A stretch of DNA of 64,000 bases, from the NCBI RefSeq assembly GCF_001194135.2, contig NC_068984.1, forward strand, positions 29,691,397 through 29,755,396. Direction: 5' to 3'. The notes below the pieces were generated by a model. That model made no database searches. It was not told where the DNA came from and saw only the letters and a list, made by a program, of their open reading frames with translations. Source of the DNA: Octopus bimaculoides. Its lineage: Eukaryota. Made by a program: the position numbers and the translations under genes. Positions 25,009 through 40,101 of this stretch are shown here, piece by piece; within the stretch, counting starts at the first letter, position 1, and each line of letters begins with the position of its first letter.

Positions 25009-25390
25009 TTTTGCATACTGGTTAGGGCAGCGGACTTGCGGTCATAGGATCGCGGTTTCAATTCCTATACCGGGCGGTGTGAGTGTTTATTGAGCGAAAA
25101 CACCTAAAGCTCCACGAGGTTCCGGCAGGGGATGGTGGCGAACCCTGCTGTACTCTTCCACCACAACTTTCCCTCGCTCTTTCTTCCTGTTTCTGTTGTG
25201 CCTGTATTTCAAAGGGTCAGCCTTGTCACACTGTGTCCCGCTGAATATCCCCGAGAACTACGTTAAGGGTACACGTGTCTGTGGAGTGCTCAGCCATCTT
25301 GCACGTTAATTTCACGAGCAGGCTGTTCCGTTGATCGGATCAACTGGAACCCTCGACGTCGTAAGCGACGGAGTGCCAACAACAAAACAA
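25009..25390 (+). mobile_element. tRNA-derived SINE family C, nearly full length
   Basis: tRNA-like head tggttagggcagcggacttgcggtc...ggtttcaattcc, GC-rich body, 3' gtcgtaagcgacggagtgcc ending in (CAA) repeats. It is not a tRNA gene: the acceptor stem is absent and a long body follows. Confidence 0.75.
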
Positions 25391-26666
25391 TTATAAAAGG
25401 AAATATCAAATTCTTTTCATGTCTCCCTTTTATACAGTTTTTTTAGCATTTTAATAAAATTACGAGTAACAAAAAGAAAAAAAAGCTTGTTAGCATTCTT
25501 TTACAAGCTTATTAATCAGTGAATGCATTTGCGCGCACTCACACACATACACACATTCACGTGCGTACGTGATTTTAGTCTTTATCTTTGATAAAGACGA
25601 AATATGGTCCAAGGTATTCTGTCGTTAGCCATCTCGTTGCATTAAGGCAAACGACCGCGTAGTGGCTCCTTCATTACTGCGCACGTGTTCGCTCGTTTAT
25701 GCGTAGGTATGTTTATGCGTAGGTATGTTTATGCATAGGTATACGTAGGTACGTGTATTTATTACAGAAAGAAAGTTCAACAGTGCTAGTTTGTACTCGA
25801 ATATTCATTCTCTATATGCTTCGGAATGCCTTTAAATTGGAAAGAGAATAAACCGACCCCCTCCCCACAATAATAATTATATAAAAGAAATATAAAATAA
25901 ATCAGCTATAAATCAATAAAAATAAACACATTCACTTTGCCGTGTCAGCAAGCAGAGTTAAGCATGTGAAAAGCGTTAATGATGTAGCACAAACATGGCG
26001 GTTGGAAATATATTTTTGTTTAAATAAAGTCAATTCAAGGAACTCGCAAAATTTCTGAAAATTACATTGATATTTTCCACACGTCAATTTTTCCTTCATT
26101 TATTTTCTATTTTTATCATTATTTCTTCTTTCTATTTACTTATTTCACAAAATCTCATCTTAACCAATTCTGCCGCAGGATAATCTAGCATATTTCATTG
26201 TAAATTCTAACCGATAGCATTTAGCACGTCGAAAAACATTTGTCGCCAAAGAAAAATTTTAAACATGTAATATAAAAAAGCAAGGAAGTTGATAATTCAA
26301 CCTTTTGTGTTATTTCTTTTCTTTTTCCCCATTATTGTTAAATCCCAGGCAAATAGTCACATGGATACGTGATATGATGAATGATGACTTTTAACGACAA
26401 ACGAAAGTGCAATTTACGTAAATTTATAGCTAAAATATTTGTTTCATGAAACATTTTGTAAAAGGTATTTGAAGCAATAAGAAAACATAAAGAAAACGTG
26501 AGTGATTAAGGAAATTCATCTGGTTGGCATGAATATTTTTATATAAAATGCACACAAACATATGGGTATACACACAGATTCGCACATGACACACGTACAT
26601 ATACATACATACATACATACATACGTACATATACATACATACATACATACATACATACATACATAC

Positions 26667-26710
<44 letters not shown>

Positions 26711-26809
26711 GCGCGCGCACACACACACACATATACACATATACGCGCGTGTATGTGTATGTGTTTTTTTAATATATTTTGACCGAAGAAAGAAGCCTCC
26801 TCAAGCCTA

Positions 26810-27230
26810 GTCTATCACACTACTTCTTTCGTCAAAGCCAGTAGACAGAGGAACACCGCCTGCCTTGTTTATGGTAGAGCGATCTTCACGATGGATTCGT
26901 CTGACACGCAATAACAACTGTTCGGCACAACTCGGCATGTCAGCAATACTTGGGCACCGAAAAAGTACATGCAGAACGGTTTTGTTACTCTGTTGTGCAT
27001 CTGGGATAGCTCCACAAGGCAGTGCTTCCGTGTCTGTAGAGTGTATCTCGAATAGGCAGATGTTCTCCGGTAGCACTGCCAAGCCAGGGATTCGTATATA
27101 TTGCTAATGTAGATGTTACACGGACCGAAGTACTGGACACGTAGAAAGCAGTGAATGTCTGACTAAATTCCAGGTGCCAGGAGCCCGATCCTGGTCTTAG
27201 TCCTTTCTCGACCAACGTGTTCGGATTTAT
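26810..27230 (-). pseudogene. L1/Tx1 ORF2 C-terminal (zf-RVT-like) fragment
   Basis: Frameshifted HLPIRDTLYRHGS...PRC / KTVLHVLFRCPSIAD...EQLLLRVRRI, matching the L1-clade C-terminal Cys/His motif. Confidence 0.7.
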
Positions 27231-27350
27231 CTTTTACTCCTTTCATTGGTTAGTATTCCCTGAAAGTGGAATCGACAGCAAGAGCTTTTTTTGGTGTCTG
27301 GCACTATTACGGTGACATCTGCATAATAATAAGAAGAAGAATATCTACAA

Positions 27351-27558
27351 GATCAAAATGTCTCAGGAAAGGAATACGAAAAGTTTTCTCACTATAAAGA
27401 TCTGAAAATAGAAATCACAAAATGTGGAAGTTTAGTACTACGATAATCCCAGTAGTAATTGGTGCGTTGGGAACGATAAAGAAGGGAGCTGAGAAGTATA
27501 TTAAGGAACTCCCAGGTAACTCTAATCTCCATGAGCTACAAAAGATAACCTTGCATAG
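27351..27558 (+). mobile_element. R4/Dong-type RLE retrotransposon 3' fragment
   Basis: DQNVSGKEYEKFSHYKDLKIEITK / MWKFSTTIIPVVIGALGTIKKGAEKYIKELPGNSNLHELQKITL. Preceded by (ATA)n/(AGA)n. Confidence 0.85.
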
Positions 27559-28376
27559 CAAAACAAAAGTGCCCTTGCTACTCTTGGCCTCCAGAGAATG
27601 TCCGGTACTAAGGCAGCTGAAATAAAGTAATAACGAAAGGAAGCTTGAAAAAAGTTGGCTAGTGCTTGGCTAAAGAGGAAATTATCTGTCTTCGGCCTTT
27701 TCCTATCTGGCCCACCACACAACCTCTTTCGTTAAGGCGACTAGACGAGTAGACATTGCTTCTGGCTGTGCTTAGAAATCCTATTTTGCCATTCTTTATT
27801 AAATGCGCTTTGGCGTCACTTAACGCGTTTTCTGACACGTCACCTTCCGTCAGTCAATGACATACTCGTGCGAAACCGATCCCAATTTGTTCCGAAATAA
27901 TATTGGCCGCTTGTTCCTTTGTATTGCTGTTTCAATTGATGGTGGTGGTAGTAGTAGAGGTGGTGGTGGTTTTGGTGATTGTGTTAGTGTTGGGGGCGTG
28001 GTGGTCATAGTGCTCGTGTCATTTTGAATTTTATTCTGCTTGTCAATGCTGCTGCTTCTGTTTCTACTGCTATGGTTGTCGTTGTTGTTGTGTGTGATTT
28101 GTCTCTCACCATATCAATTAGATGTGGAAAAATAAAGTCATAATGGCTGTTCCAACGGTTATCACTTACCTCGATTTGGGAAGCCCTATAATCTTTTTGC
28201 TTTTGAAATATTAAATTTTAAATTTTGGATCTCAAAAGTGTTCGCCCCACCAGCTTGATTTAAGCAAAGCGAGCTAGCTGATATAGTAAAAAATCCAACA
28301 AAAATTCGTATACCAAAGAATAAAACTTTTCAAAGAAAACTTACGAGCCACGACGAAGTATCCTCTTTCCAAACTA

Positions 28377-28428
<52 letters not shown>

Positions 28429-30949
28429 GGAAAAGAAGAGAAGAAGAAAACGCGTAAACTGGAGAAAAGTATAATTAATAATGTTATCTAAGAGAATAAT
28501 ATAATGATGTGATATAATCTTCCGTTCTAAGTACTTTTGCATTGTAGCAGGAACTCTCTTGACAGTATCTATTCCATCCATTTACTACGCTCCACTAGAA
28601 AAGTTACATATCAGTAGAGGTCAACTTGTTCATAAATGCGATACTATCGTGTTTGGAACATTAAAATGTGAACACAGAATAATTGTAGTGCAAACGTCAC
28701 GGAATAAGCTTGAGCAAACTATCGTAACTGAATATGTTCGCTATGTATGCAAACAGGATATATCTCTAAGGAATCAGCCATAATGCCTCAATGTGGTTAC
28801 TCCATCTGCTAGAAGTAGTAACCAAACTTTCTTCAAACTAATCCTTATATTCATTGTATTGGAATAACCTATGCCATGAGAGAAACAATTTATCACGGCT
28901 CAGAATACTTTTATCGTAGATCTGTCTGGACACTCAAGGCTAAGCAACGAGAAGGTTCACTTCAAATTATCAACGATGCATACAACTTCGCAGTTATATA
29001 ATTAAGACAAATAACAGCAATCTAATACAATATTTTAACCTTACTATTTCTTTTCATAAACAAGAATCAAAATAACACAGTAAACAGAAATTAGGTGAAT
29101 CAGTATACGATATGTTACACGAAATGCATGTTTCCTTCCTCTTTCCCAATACGCATAATAACGACAATAGCAATAAAGATGGCAGCGATAAAAATGATTT
29201 CCTATTTAGGAACATGACCACAAATTTCAGAGTGTAGAAGCAATCGATTATATGGTTTCCAGTACATGAGGTGATTTATTTCATCGACCTTGGTAGGATA
29301 AATGACGAAGTTGACCATAGTGAGATTCGAAACCAGCACATAGAGAGCTGCACGAAATACCACAAAGTATTTGTCGTCTTTGATCGCTCTGAACTATTTC
29401 TCTTACTTTATATGTTATATGTACAAGTATCTATCAGCTGAATTCTGCTTGCAAAGTATTAGGGAATTTGAAGTTATAAAAGGTCCGTTTTATTCAATGT
29501 AGCGCGTAGTGAGATCGAACCCGGAACCTCGAAGTTAAGAAAGACTTCTTAACTACATAAACATGACTTATGCTCAGCATATTTCCAGAAAAGTGTTTGA
29601 AATAAATGTGTAAATATATATATTCGTATTCTTGCTGCAATTGCTTAACCTCAGGTCATCTGTGACACTATGAGAGAGAGAGAGAATCTGGTGTTTTAAA
29701 GTTGAGTGTACCCCAGGTCAGTTCATTACAGATCAGTAATTATATTGTCCAAACGTGAGATAAAGCTAATCTTTTTATCCTCGACTTATTTTCGGAATTC
29801 ATTCAGATTATATAGTTGTTATTAGTGATTCTTCCTTGCTGGAGATATTTCATAGCGATTAATCCATTTCAGGTGAAAAAAGAATATAACGTAAAGCAAA
29901 AATTTCTGAAGGTGTCTGCCGCTACACAAATACACGTTCACTTACATTGTAAAAGTGCCATTTCTTGATCGGTGTACGTGTGATTGTTTGCTTATATTGA
30001 ATATTTCGCGTATCAAAATAAATTATTTTAAACCATATTACATAATCGTTGTAGCTTTCCGATTTATTTCGTTCTGAATCATAATCGGATAACATATTGT
30101 CTCATAAGGCATCTGTTATGCTAAGAATTGATTACATGCTTCGCCGCCAAACATGACAGACAAAATTGTTTTCTCAATATTTATTCGTTACATATCTAAA
30201 TTGTTAAGAGCGGATGTTCCTCTTTTTATCAATAGCATGTCTATAGCTGTCACTACATTTTAAGTTGTTTCCTCTTTGATAGACTTCCTACATATCTATA
30301 TTTATTAATACGCCGGCTTATAATTTGTGTCACAAATCAGGAAAAAAAAATCGCTGATACGCACTCTTGTTTAAATATATATGTTTATATTCTTCTTGCA
30401 GTTGTTGCTTAGCCCACCAGGTCAAGTGTGACATTACGAAGTAACCAATCTTGCATCTTAACATAAAAACATTAAAACCAACAAATGCAAAAATGGTCAC
30501 ACCTGCAACAACAGCTGTAGAAGCGAAATAGCAACAGCAACAACAGAACCAGAATTAACAACTACAGAGGCGGTAGCAAAAATAGCAAGAAAACAGTAGC
30601 AGCAATTGCAACAGGCAATCCGAAAACAAGTCTCCCATACCAAACCCATCTGGAGGGGAACCCCACCAATGATTTTCTCCCGCCCAGCACTGACAACACA
30701 AACATGAATGCAAGTATAGTGATTGACTCTTCTCCTCCCTCAAAAACTGCAAATCTGCCAGAACTAAGATGTTTGCCAGCGGCAAAAGCCAGGTGACAAT
30801 CTATACGAAATAATTCTTGATGTTTTTAGTTTCTAATTCAATTTTCTGTGTTAATCCTCAAACTTTATGCATGTCTTTGCAATTATATCCCTTCATCCAT
30901 CCTGCTGGTGGTACTGGCGGCAAATAAGTGTATATTCCTCTTTCGCCCC

Positions 30950-31067
30950 CTCCCCCTCCACCGCCTCCTCCTCGTCCCCTTCCAGTTCTTCTTCTTCTTC
31001 TTCTTCTTCTTCTTCTTCTTCTTCTTCTTCCTCGTACTACTACTACTGCTACTACTACTACTGCTAT

Positions 31068-31135
<68 letters not shown>

Positions 31136-31250
31136 ATACTAATACTATTACTACTGCTGCTGCTGCTACTACTACTACTGCTGCTGCTGCCACTGCAACT
31201 ACTACTACTAATACTACTACTACTGCTACTACTACTACTACTACTACTAG
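30950..31250. repeat. Compound trinucleotide microsatellite (CCT)n-(TTC)n-(TAC/TGC)n
   Basis: Read directly; it accounts for the homopolymer ORFs in the track. Confidence 0.95.
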
Positions 31251-31519
31251 TTGATTGATTGACATAAATATCCAACAGACTCAAATGCATGTGCAGGTCT
31301 GTAGCTGTACAAGTGAGAATGCAAATAATTAATACCATGTCATACCAAGTAACAGTAGACATGTGACCTGGTATGAGAAATAGCTAAGCCGATCTTTTCA
31401 AGGAAATAATGATTTGATGTTGATGAGAATGTGATGTATTAAAGTGCATTTTGTAAGACAGACACTGAAGTTGATAATGTAACGACAAAAGTTCTATAAG
31501 AATCGTTTAAGACCAAACA

Positions 31520-34330
31520 TCAAACTGAGAGATTGGAGTAATATCCACAAGATGCGCAACTCAAAGCAAAGCGGTACACTAACAGGCAAGGTATACACGG
31601 TTATAAAATACATCTTGAATGAACATGAAGTAAATCTCACCTCACTGAATAATCTAATGTATGCTGTAGTTTTAATAACTATTGCTCTGTACCGTATTCC
31701 AATTAAAAGAAAGATTCAACGTACAAATAGCCGACGAACAGAAGAGAAATCGTAAAATAAAATGAAAGTAATGAGATCTGATATTGAAATAATCGAGAAC
31801 ATCAAGAGCAATGAACATTTAAAAGTACCAAAAGCTACAAGTTGAAAAGAAAATAATGCATTAAAATAATTATTGAAATCGATAAAGTGATCGAAAAATC
31901 AAGCAAATGATCCAAGGTAAAGAAATATATATAACGCGGCTCGAGAAAAGATCAAACATCTTCAACGATATTTCGAAAAGATTTATTTCTATAAAAAAAA
32001 AATACAAAAGCCAGTATAACTGTTAAGACTACACCTGAGAAATTACAAAAGTTTGGAAATCAATGTGGTCGAATCCAAGAAACTCAGTCGTGATGCACTT
32101 TGGATTCATCAGTAGTTCAGAGACAGTGGGCATATTAATGAGCAAATATAGAAAGATATCTCGGTTGAAGATCTCAAGAGTGCACTACGAAGCTCAAGCA
32201 CTACGAAGCTCAAGGAAATTACATGGAAACGACAGAATCTTCAGCTTCTGTCTTAATGTTCTCCTTGAATCCAACGAAAGACTGACCCATACAATTATAC
32301 ATGACCTGGAAAAATGTTTATCTGTGGCTGGTGAATGGAGTAACTTAACTTACCGCACAAAAATAATGAAACTGATAACCCATTAAGTCTATCGATCAAC
32401 GCCTATTATTACTGAATAGTTATATACCTTCCTGGTGGACAATAAGATAACCACCAAGGAGCAAAAAGGATGTGAATGTGGTTTATATGGGTGTATAGAG
32501 CAGTTTTTACTGAATAAAATTATTCTAGACTTGTGCCAGAAATTATTGCAAAAGCCGTTTCATTATATGACATGACTACAACAAAGAATTTGACAACCTT
32601 CCTGTAGCTGGAATGAGAAATATTTGGGAATCTATAAAAATCTCTCCTGTTATTCTTACGTTTTGTCAAATAATATGAAGTGCTTGAAGAAAACTCTAAT
32701 AGTGAATTCAGAGGTAGGTTCTGTGAACATGCTTAGCATTAATATAAGCTGCGGAACTTTTTCAAGGTGTTTATTTATCAATACATGTGTCTTCATTTCT
32801 GTCATTCTCCTATGTAAGTTGTTGAATAACACAGGACATGGACACAAAATGTGTGGTAGATCAATCAATTACCTCTTTTGAATGGATAGGCTGAAGCTTT
32901 TTCTGAAAGATGATCTAGAAATGGGACGGATTTTAAGTGTAGGAAAACAACTTAAACACGATACTGAAATCTACTTGGCCTTGGTGAAAGTATTAAAACG
33001 ATATTTTTTAAAAGAAAAACTGATGCAAATGTGCAACATTCCCCTATTCATGGCTACCATAATCTAGTAATTGGATCCTGAAGGAAAGTGTAAATATTTA
33101 GGCGTGTGCGGTTGTATTAAAGCCAGTACCCACAAATGCCCAATGAAATACGTGAAAATATGATCAGAGAGTTAGACCTATCCTAAAAAGAGAACGTAAT
33201 GCGACAAAACTGACTGATGCCATGAACACCCTGTCTATACGTGGCGTGATCTATAGCAATAATATATGTTTATCACAATGTACTGTATGCATCTAAAACA
33301 GATCTAGATGGATGGGGGTCGTGGGCAGCAACTATTGGGTTAGACATCTATCACAATAGCAGTAATGACTGAATTCATGAACTTGTTTGCAAGTCCGAAA
33401 GTATCAAGAAACTACACTCGGTATAAGAGGAAGCACAGAAATATGCAAAGAAATTAAAAATCACCGAGACTGAGATGCAAGAAAATGAAACAGAAAAAAA
33501 CCCACTTTTAAAGCAGGACATAAAGATACACGCCAAATCAAGTGTAACCTTAGTGCTGCGTTATAGATTGAAAAATAAAGCATTACATTGTAATTTCGTT
33601 ACAAGAGCCAGCATCCCTGATATTGATATAAATATGACCCGACAGTGGCTGGCTGTATTTGGAGTTAGGTCAAAAATACAAGTATTCTTTATAGCAGCTC
33701 AAGATAAGTGGCTGGACACTAGAAATTACGAAGCCAACATTCTCAAAAATAGCGCTGATCCTACCGGCAACTTTTGTGGTGCAACCAGAGAAGCAAATTG
33801 GCCACCTTATCTTGATCAGTATTTGGACTGGGTCAAATATCGTCAGTTTGGAATTCGGTATGAGAACAAGTGGAAACATAAGCTTGCGGGGGTTGAAGAA
33901 ATTAAAGACGATGTTGTTTTTTGAGATTTTAATTTTCCAACTGAACGATGTTTTCAGACAAACAGGCCAAATACTTCAATAAGTGATACTGATAAAACAT
34001 GTTAGCTCATAGATGTACATAGATAACTCATTATAGTGCAACACCTGAGCAAGAACATCTGAACAGTTACGTACATGAAACAAGTAATCAGAGCAACGTA
34101 ATAGAGGCCTCAAAATGTGTCATCTAAGAGCAATGCCTTCATATGTGATCATCGGTGATTTAGAGGTAGTAATACTAAATAACACTCTTAAAAGCCACAG
34201 CCAAATACCAAGCAACCGCAAGGTAGCTAAACTGCAAAATATTGTTCGCATACGTACAGCCTACATCTTAAAGAAAACATTGATATCAAAACAATATCTG
34301 GAACTTTTAAAACTTTTGAAGACTATAAAA
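31520..34330 (+). mobile_element. Long, degenerate R4/Dong-type non-LTR retrotransposon (RT plus RLE)
   Basis: VNLTSLNNLMYA; YRSTPI; KGCECGLYGCIEQFLLNK; MDRLKLF (cf. YMDDLKL); IAAQDKWLDTRNYEANILK; VF*DFNFQ; LIDV; TAYILKKTL. Many stops and frameshifts. Confidence 0.85.
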
Positions 34331-34369
34331 ATTCTGCAAACCATTAACGAAATCTTAATTGACAATATT

Positions 34370-34920
34370 AGGTCTCTCTCATGCTACTGCTCTTCGTCTA
34401 AAAGAAATCGTTACCAGTCACGGGGCTCAAAATCAATGAAGATTCTGAACAATCTTGATATGCAAACACTTGTTATAACGTATCGCCTCTATTCTTGGAC
34501 ATTTCTCCTCATGTAGCTAGCCATTGCTTCAGTATATCCGTGTTATTATCGGCTTTTCACAGTACGCACTTTTATTTCTGAGAAACGTACAAGTCATCGA
34601 GATAGGCACTGAGCTCCATCCTGCGATACGACTCACCACTGGCCTTGAACAATTGAACAAGGTACTGTTGAAAACCTGCATATATCTCTTTGGGTTCAAG
34701 TGGTATATTCTTAGGAAGTTACTCAATGATCGAATTGTGGTTTTGTTGCCATTTTGATATTTGCCACCCAGACCCGTTGGACAGCTTTCGTTTCTTCTTG
34801 TCTTTGAGCATGGGTTTGAACTCTGAAAAAGTAGCTTTCATACTTCAAACCGAAAAGTTGATATAAAGCTAATCTCGCCGCAAGCATGTTGCTTGCAATG
34901 CCCTTCTTAAACACCTATCC
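34370..34920 (-). pseudogene. L1/Tx1 ORF2 fragment (region between endonuclease and RT)
   Basis: Remnants IYAGFQQYLVQLFKASGESYRRMELSAYLDDL and CEKPII; stops and frameshifts. Confidence 0.5.
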
Positions 34921-35140
34921 TATGTTTTAAGTACGTTTCCATCTCGTCTAAGTTTTACCATCGCTACTTCTTTACTAAATCTTATCGACTCTACTCTAAT
35001 CGCTTATTTAAGAGCGAAACACTAATTGCTGTTAAGGGTTGTCTCCGTCCACACCCATGTAATTCATACGCTAACCCGGACGCTGTAACTTGTGCTCTAA
35101 GAACGCGGCTTTTATTATTATTATCATTATTATTATTATT

Positions 35141-35423
<283 letters not shown>

Positions 35424-35464
35424 TAACTACAATCAACCTGATTATTAGAGGTTAAACTAGGATC

Positions 35465-35790
35465 AAGTAGGTTATAATACTTAATTTGCTCCTTATATCC
35501 TGCTTTGATAAAGACAAGTTATAGAAGTCGGCATTATTATTAAAAATGTTAAAATTAGAGGATAATTCATAGAGAGTCTAAGCGAAATGTTTTTAACTAG
35601 ACTTTTTGTTATATTTGTAGGATGATTGCTGAAAACACAGATATACTTAAGATTGGTTGAAGGTGTGTGGTATGGGAAATACAAAGCTGTATTTCTCCTT
35701 GGAATTATTACCCTTGTGTGTGTGGTTACTTATGTGACATTTAACTGCCCTAGTAACTATTTCTCCGGATCTTTCCTTGTAAATTAAACA
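35465..35790 (-). pseudogene. Penelope-like RT C-terminal fragment
   Basis: YFPYHTPSTNLKYICVFSNHPTNITKSLVKNISLRLS resembles the PLE YxKP...SNHP motif. Confidence 0.7.
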
Positions 35791-35850
35791 TACACACACG
35801 CGCACACACACAAAGACACACAGACACACACACACAAACACACACACATA

Positions 35851-36190
35851 TACAAGGTGGCATCAAAAACTCCCCGGACTAGTTATGTTTAATAAAATAT
35901 AACTTATTTACCCGAGTTTTGACATCATCTCCCTCGAAATAGTCACCTTGCTCAACAATACACCGATCCCAGCATTCTTTCTACTTTTTAATTCGGTCTA
36001 GAAGTCGTTCTTCGTAAGTGAGCCGAGGACGTTTTGCGATTGGCTCTAGGTCTCGAGAACGGTGTTAAAACTGTGAACTTTGATGAGTTACCTTTTCATC
36101 TTGGGGAAGAGGTGGAAGTTCGCAGGTACTATCTCTGACGAATATGCCGGATGCGGATGCCATATTAAGCTTTCGTCGAGAAACACACGA
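35851..36190 (-). mobile_element. Mariner transposase 3' fragment with terminus
   Basis: HPAYSSEIVPANFHLFPKMK (cf. YSPDLAPxDFxLFPK). TA-CAAGGTGG terminus at 35851. Confidence 0.85.
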
Positions 36191-36835
36191 GTGAGTTTGG
36201 AAATCAAGAGTTATAAATTCATATACAGGTGATAATGGTATTTCTCTGTACAGTTCAGGATCAAATTGTAAAAATTACATATGTATGTATATATGTATGT
36301 GTGTCACTGTACATACATTTATATATGTGTGCCCAAGTGTGTAGATATGTGTGTTTAGTGCACTAATGTCTATTTGAATCCAAGTTCGTCGAAGTAAGTG
36401 TAAATGTATTTCAACCACGTTAACACGCCATCTTGCGGTTCGATAAATAGAAACTGATAAGATATTTTGCGTGTCTAAAGTAAGTGTTCATGATCGTTCT
36501 AAAATACTTAAAGGTGTTGACCCAGCATAGACATAGTCCAGTAACGGAAACCAATAAAATATATGAACAAGAGGAAGATTAATTTGATAATAACGTGAAA
36601 CTTGTGATGATTTATTTCTTCGAACGTTAATACACTTCGATACAACATATCTGCGAACAATAGAAAAATATATATTTAAATCCTTCTTATTAGTTTTATC
36701 GTTGATTTATGTTTATATAGATTTATGTTTGTGCAGAAAAATGAAATTATCAACTTAGCTAGAAATTAAGTCAGTAAACCATGACATGATATATATATAT
36801 CTTATACAACAAATTCAGAGAATAAATATTTCCGT

Positions 36836-36905
<70 letters not shown>

Positions 36906-37103
36906 TGTGTGTTTGTGTGTGTGTGTCTGTGAGGGTGTGTGTGTGTGCATGTACGTGCATTTGTGTTGTATGTATTTATGTATGCACGAATGTGTGTGTC
37001 TATATATATGTATGTATATATAAATAGGTGTACATACATATATTTATAATATGTATATACATATATATAAGTATGTATATATGCATACACACACACATAT
37101 ATG

Positions 37104-37135
<32 letters not shown>

Positions 37136-39514
37136 NNNNNNNNNNNNNNNNNNNNNNNNNNNNNNNNNNNNNNNNNNNNNNNNNNNNNNNNNNNNNNNNN
37201 NNNNNNNNNNNNNNNNNNNNNNNNNNNNNNNNNNNNNNNNNNNNNNNNNNNNNNNNNNNNNNNNNNNNNNNNNNNNNNNNNNNNNNNNNNNNNNNNNNNN
37301 NNNNNNNNNNNNNNNNNNNNNNNNNNNNNNNNNNNNNNATATATATATATATATTCATATACATACACACATACATACACATATATATATATATATATAT
37401 ATATGAATGTGTGTACGCATGTAAATATACACCGCTACGTATTCATGCATTGTTAAGCATTGTTCATCAACGTTTACCCCTCCTCAAATAGTGTAGTTTA
37501 TATTAATAGTTCTCTTGATCGCCACATTAAATTTGTTAGCACTTACTCCATTTCGTATACTCGTTGGGTAATACGATTTTCTCAAGTTCGTTGATTTCTT
37601 CAGAAGTAGGTTATGTAAAGTGAACCGCTTGCCTTGGAGAACAGAACAGACTCCGCTGACTCGGTTCGCTGGATTGTTTTGCTTATTCTATGCAAATGGA
37701 TTCGCACTCACAGCTATTTATATAAAAGAAAGTTGGTCACAGTATTGAGATAACGTCAGATGCTCGAATTTATGAATATACTTCAGCAGTAAAATGCACC
37801 ATACCACCCAGTTATAACTAATATGATATATATTCGTTTAGAATTTCATATTTTATAAAATGTTCATATCAAACCAAGAGTAACGATCAGCACATTTAAT
37901 GCACCAGCTATTAACATGTATATATTAATTGAAGTTGTCAAAGATGATACTGTGCAGTCAATTGACTTTCTAGAGAAAATAGCCAACTTTTCTTCAAAGC
38001 ACAAATTTCCAAATTATATTGAATTGCGTACTCTTGATATACAAAGATACACAATGGTATTAAATAAATCGGAAGTAAAACACAGTAACACCAGCAACAT
38101 GGATAAACTATATTTATGAAATTATAATTTCAAATAAAATTCAATGTGTGTATTTAAATTTAAGAAAGATAAACTGCCAAGTGTCGAAACCAAGAACTGA
38201 AGAAAGAAGTGTTCTCTATCATAAATATCAGACAAGTATCCACTTTCATTTAAACCACTATATACTCCGATGGAGTTTGTGACCTGGTGCCAATGCAACA
38301 TATCAAAATTATTATCTACCATTCATCCTCGATCATCTACATAGCGTACTGCGATATTTAGTATTCTCAGTCAAGTTATTAGAATAGATATATGTAGTTA
38401 AACTCCCCTCCCACACCGATATGTATATTTTTTATATATGCATTTCCTCATAACACCATATAATTACTGCAAGATAACTTGTTTCATTTTTACCAGACAT
38501 TTTTTTCATCGCTCCAGAACCTAAAATGGTTGTTGGATAACTATGACATTATTTACCACCAGTAACCTATAGCAATAAATAAAGGAATCTAACATTAAAT
38601 TGCATTAGAGAACCAATAAAACATAACCTTAATATATATGTATTCCTTTGCACAATATATAAGCAATTTATTGCACCATTTTTCTTGTGCATTGCACACA
38701 AAAAGTGAGAACTGTAATTTATTTCACGTCTTTAGAAAGATTTTGTACTTTCGTGAATTTTTTTTTACACGGTAGCCAACATATTGTTTTGCTTTTTTTT
38801 CTCCAAAAAGGAAGTTATAGCAGAATGGATAGGCTGATGCTACTGGCTCTTAGCCATCACGAAATATCTTTAAAGAATTCAGAAATATACTCCTTATATT
38901 TGAATAGTTGTCTCAAATGTTCTTTCAAGCGATTATTTCAAATGATGATTATATCTAGCATTATTTATAAACGTTCTACAAGATAATAGTATCGTAATGT
39001 GTTGGTTTACATTACATAAAACAAAGTAAAAGCAGAGTAACACTAAACTAATACTTATAAAGAAAATACTTTCGACATATAGACTAAGCACTCTATAATA
39101 CACAGAGTAAATTGTTGTATTTATAAAGGTTTTGTACTTGGAGCAATTTTATCTGAAACGAAAAATTATAAAAAGTATATAATAAAAAGATAATCAGCTG
39201 TTCAATAATGTAGAGAACATTGCAGTTTAGAATATAAGTGAGATCGAGAGAATCTTGATGCAAAGCTAAAATTACATCTATTGGAGATAAATTTCAAATG
39301 TTACTTTAACAGTTAGTTAAGAATTTCTTGGTAATAACCTAGAAACGGCGTCAGTTTATGACTTCAGAAAGAATATCTAATTACCGACCTATTTATCTAT
39401 CTCCCATTTTCTTTCTTTCCGTTTTCCCCTATCACTTTCTCTTTTCCCCTCACTTCTGCATGTATGTACACACGCGCGCGCACGCACACACATGCGTATG
39501 AATGCATGCTTATC

Positions 39515-39556
<42 letters not shown>

Positions 39557-40049
39557 TAGAGAGAGAGAGAGAGAGTTAGTTACAAATGTTCTAGCGAGCA
39601 AAATAAGAGTGCTCAATATATATATATGTATATAACTCTCTATCTATCTCTCTCTCTTGCTGTGTATATATTTATATATGTATTGTTGAAATGTACAGAA
39701 AAACAAGAGATGAAGGCAGGTCTTTAAACAAAAAACCGCTCCAAGACAAAGAACATAATCACTGGTGAAAATGCTGATGTAGGTAATCTTACTCTTTCAC
39801 CATTGAGCAAATTACCGGTATCTTCTACCTGGGCTACCGTATTTGCTTTATCAACGGAGGTAGTAACATCCAAAAAGTGATAATATGGTCAGCATCCGAC
39901 ATTGTCTGGAAAATTTGGAAGCTGCCACAGATGCTATGTAACCTAAGACTACTACTATTTCGTGATACAAGATAAAAAAGACACAAGATAAAAAACACAC
40001 GAAGAATCAAAGAAGAGGGGGAAAATAAGGGCCGAACGAAAAATGCAAA

Positions 40050-40101
<52 letters not shown>

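Noticed and set aside
25009-25080. tRNA genes in SINE heads
   Set aside because: There is no complete cloverleaf, and each head is followed by a SINE body and tail.
30848-31362. Poly-Leu/Ser/Thr/Tyr proteins
   Set aside because: They are translations of a compound trinucleotide microsatellite in several frames.
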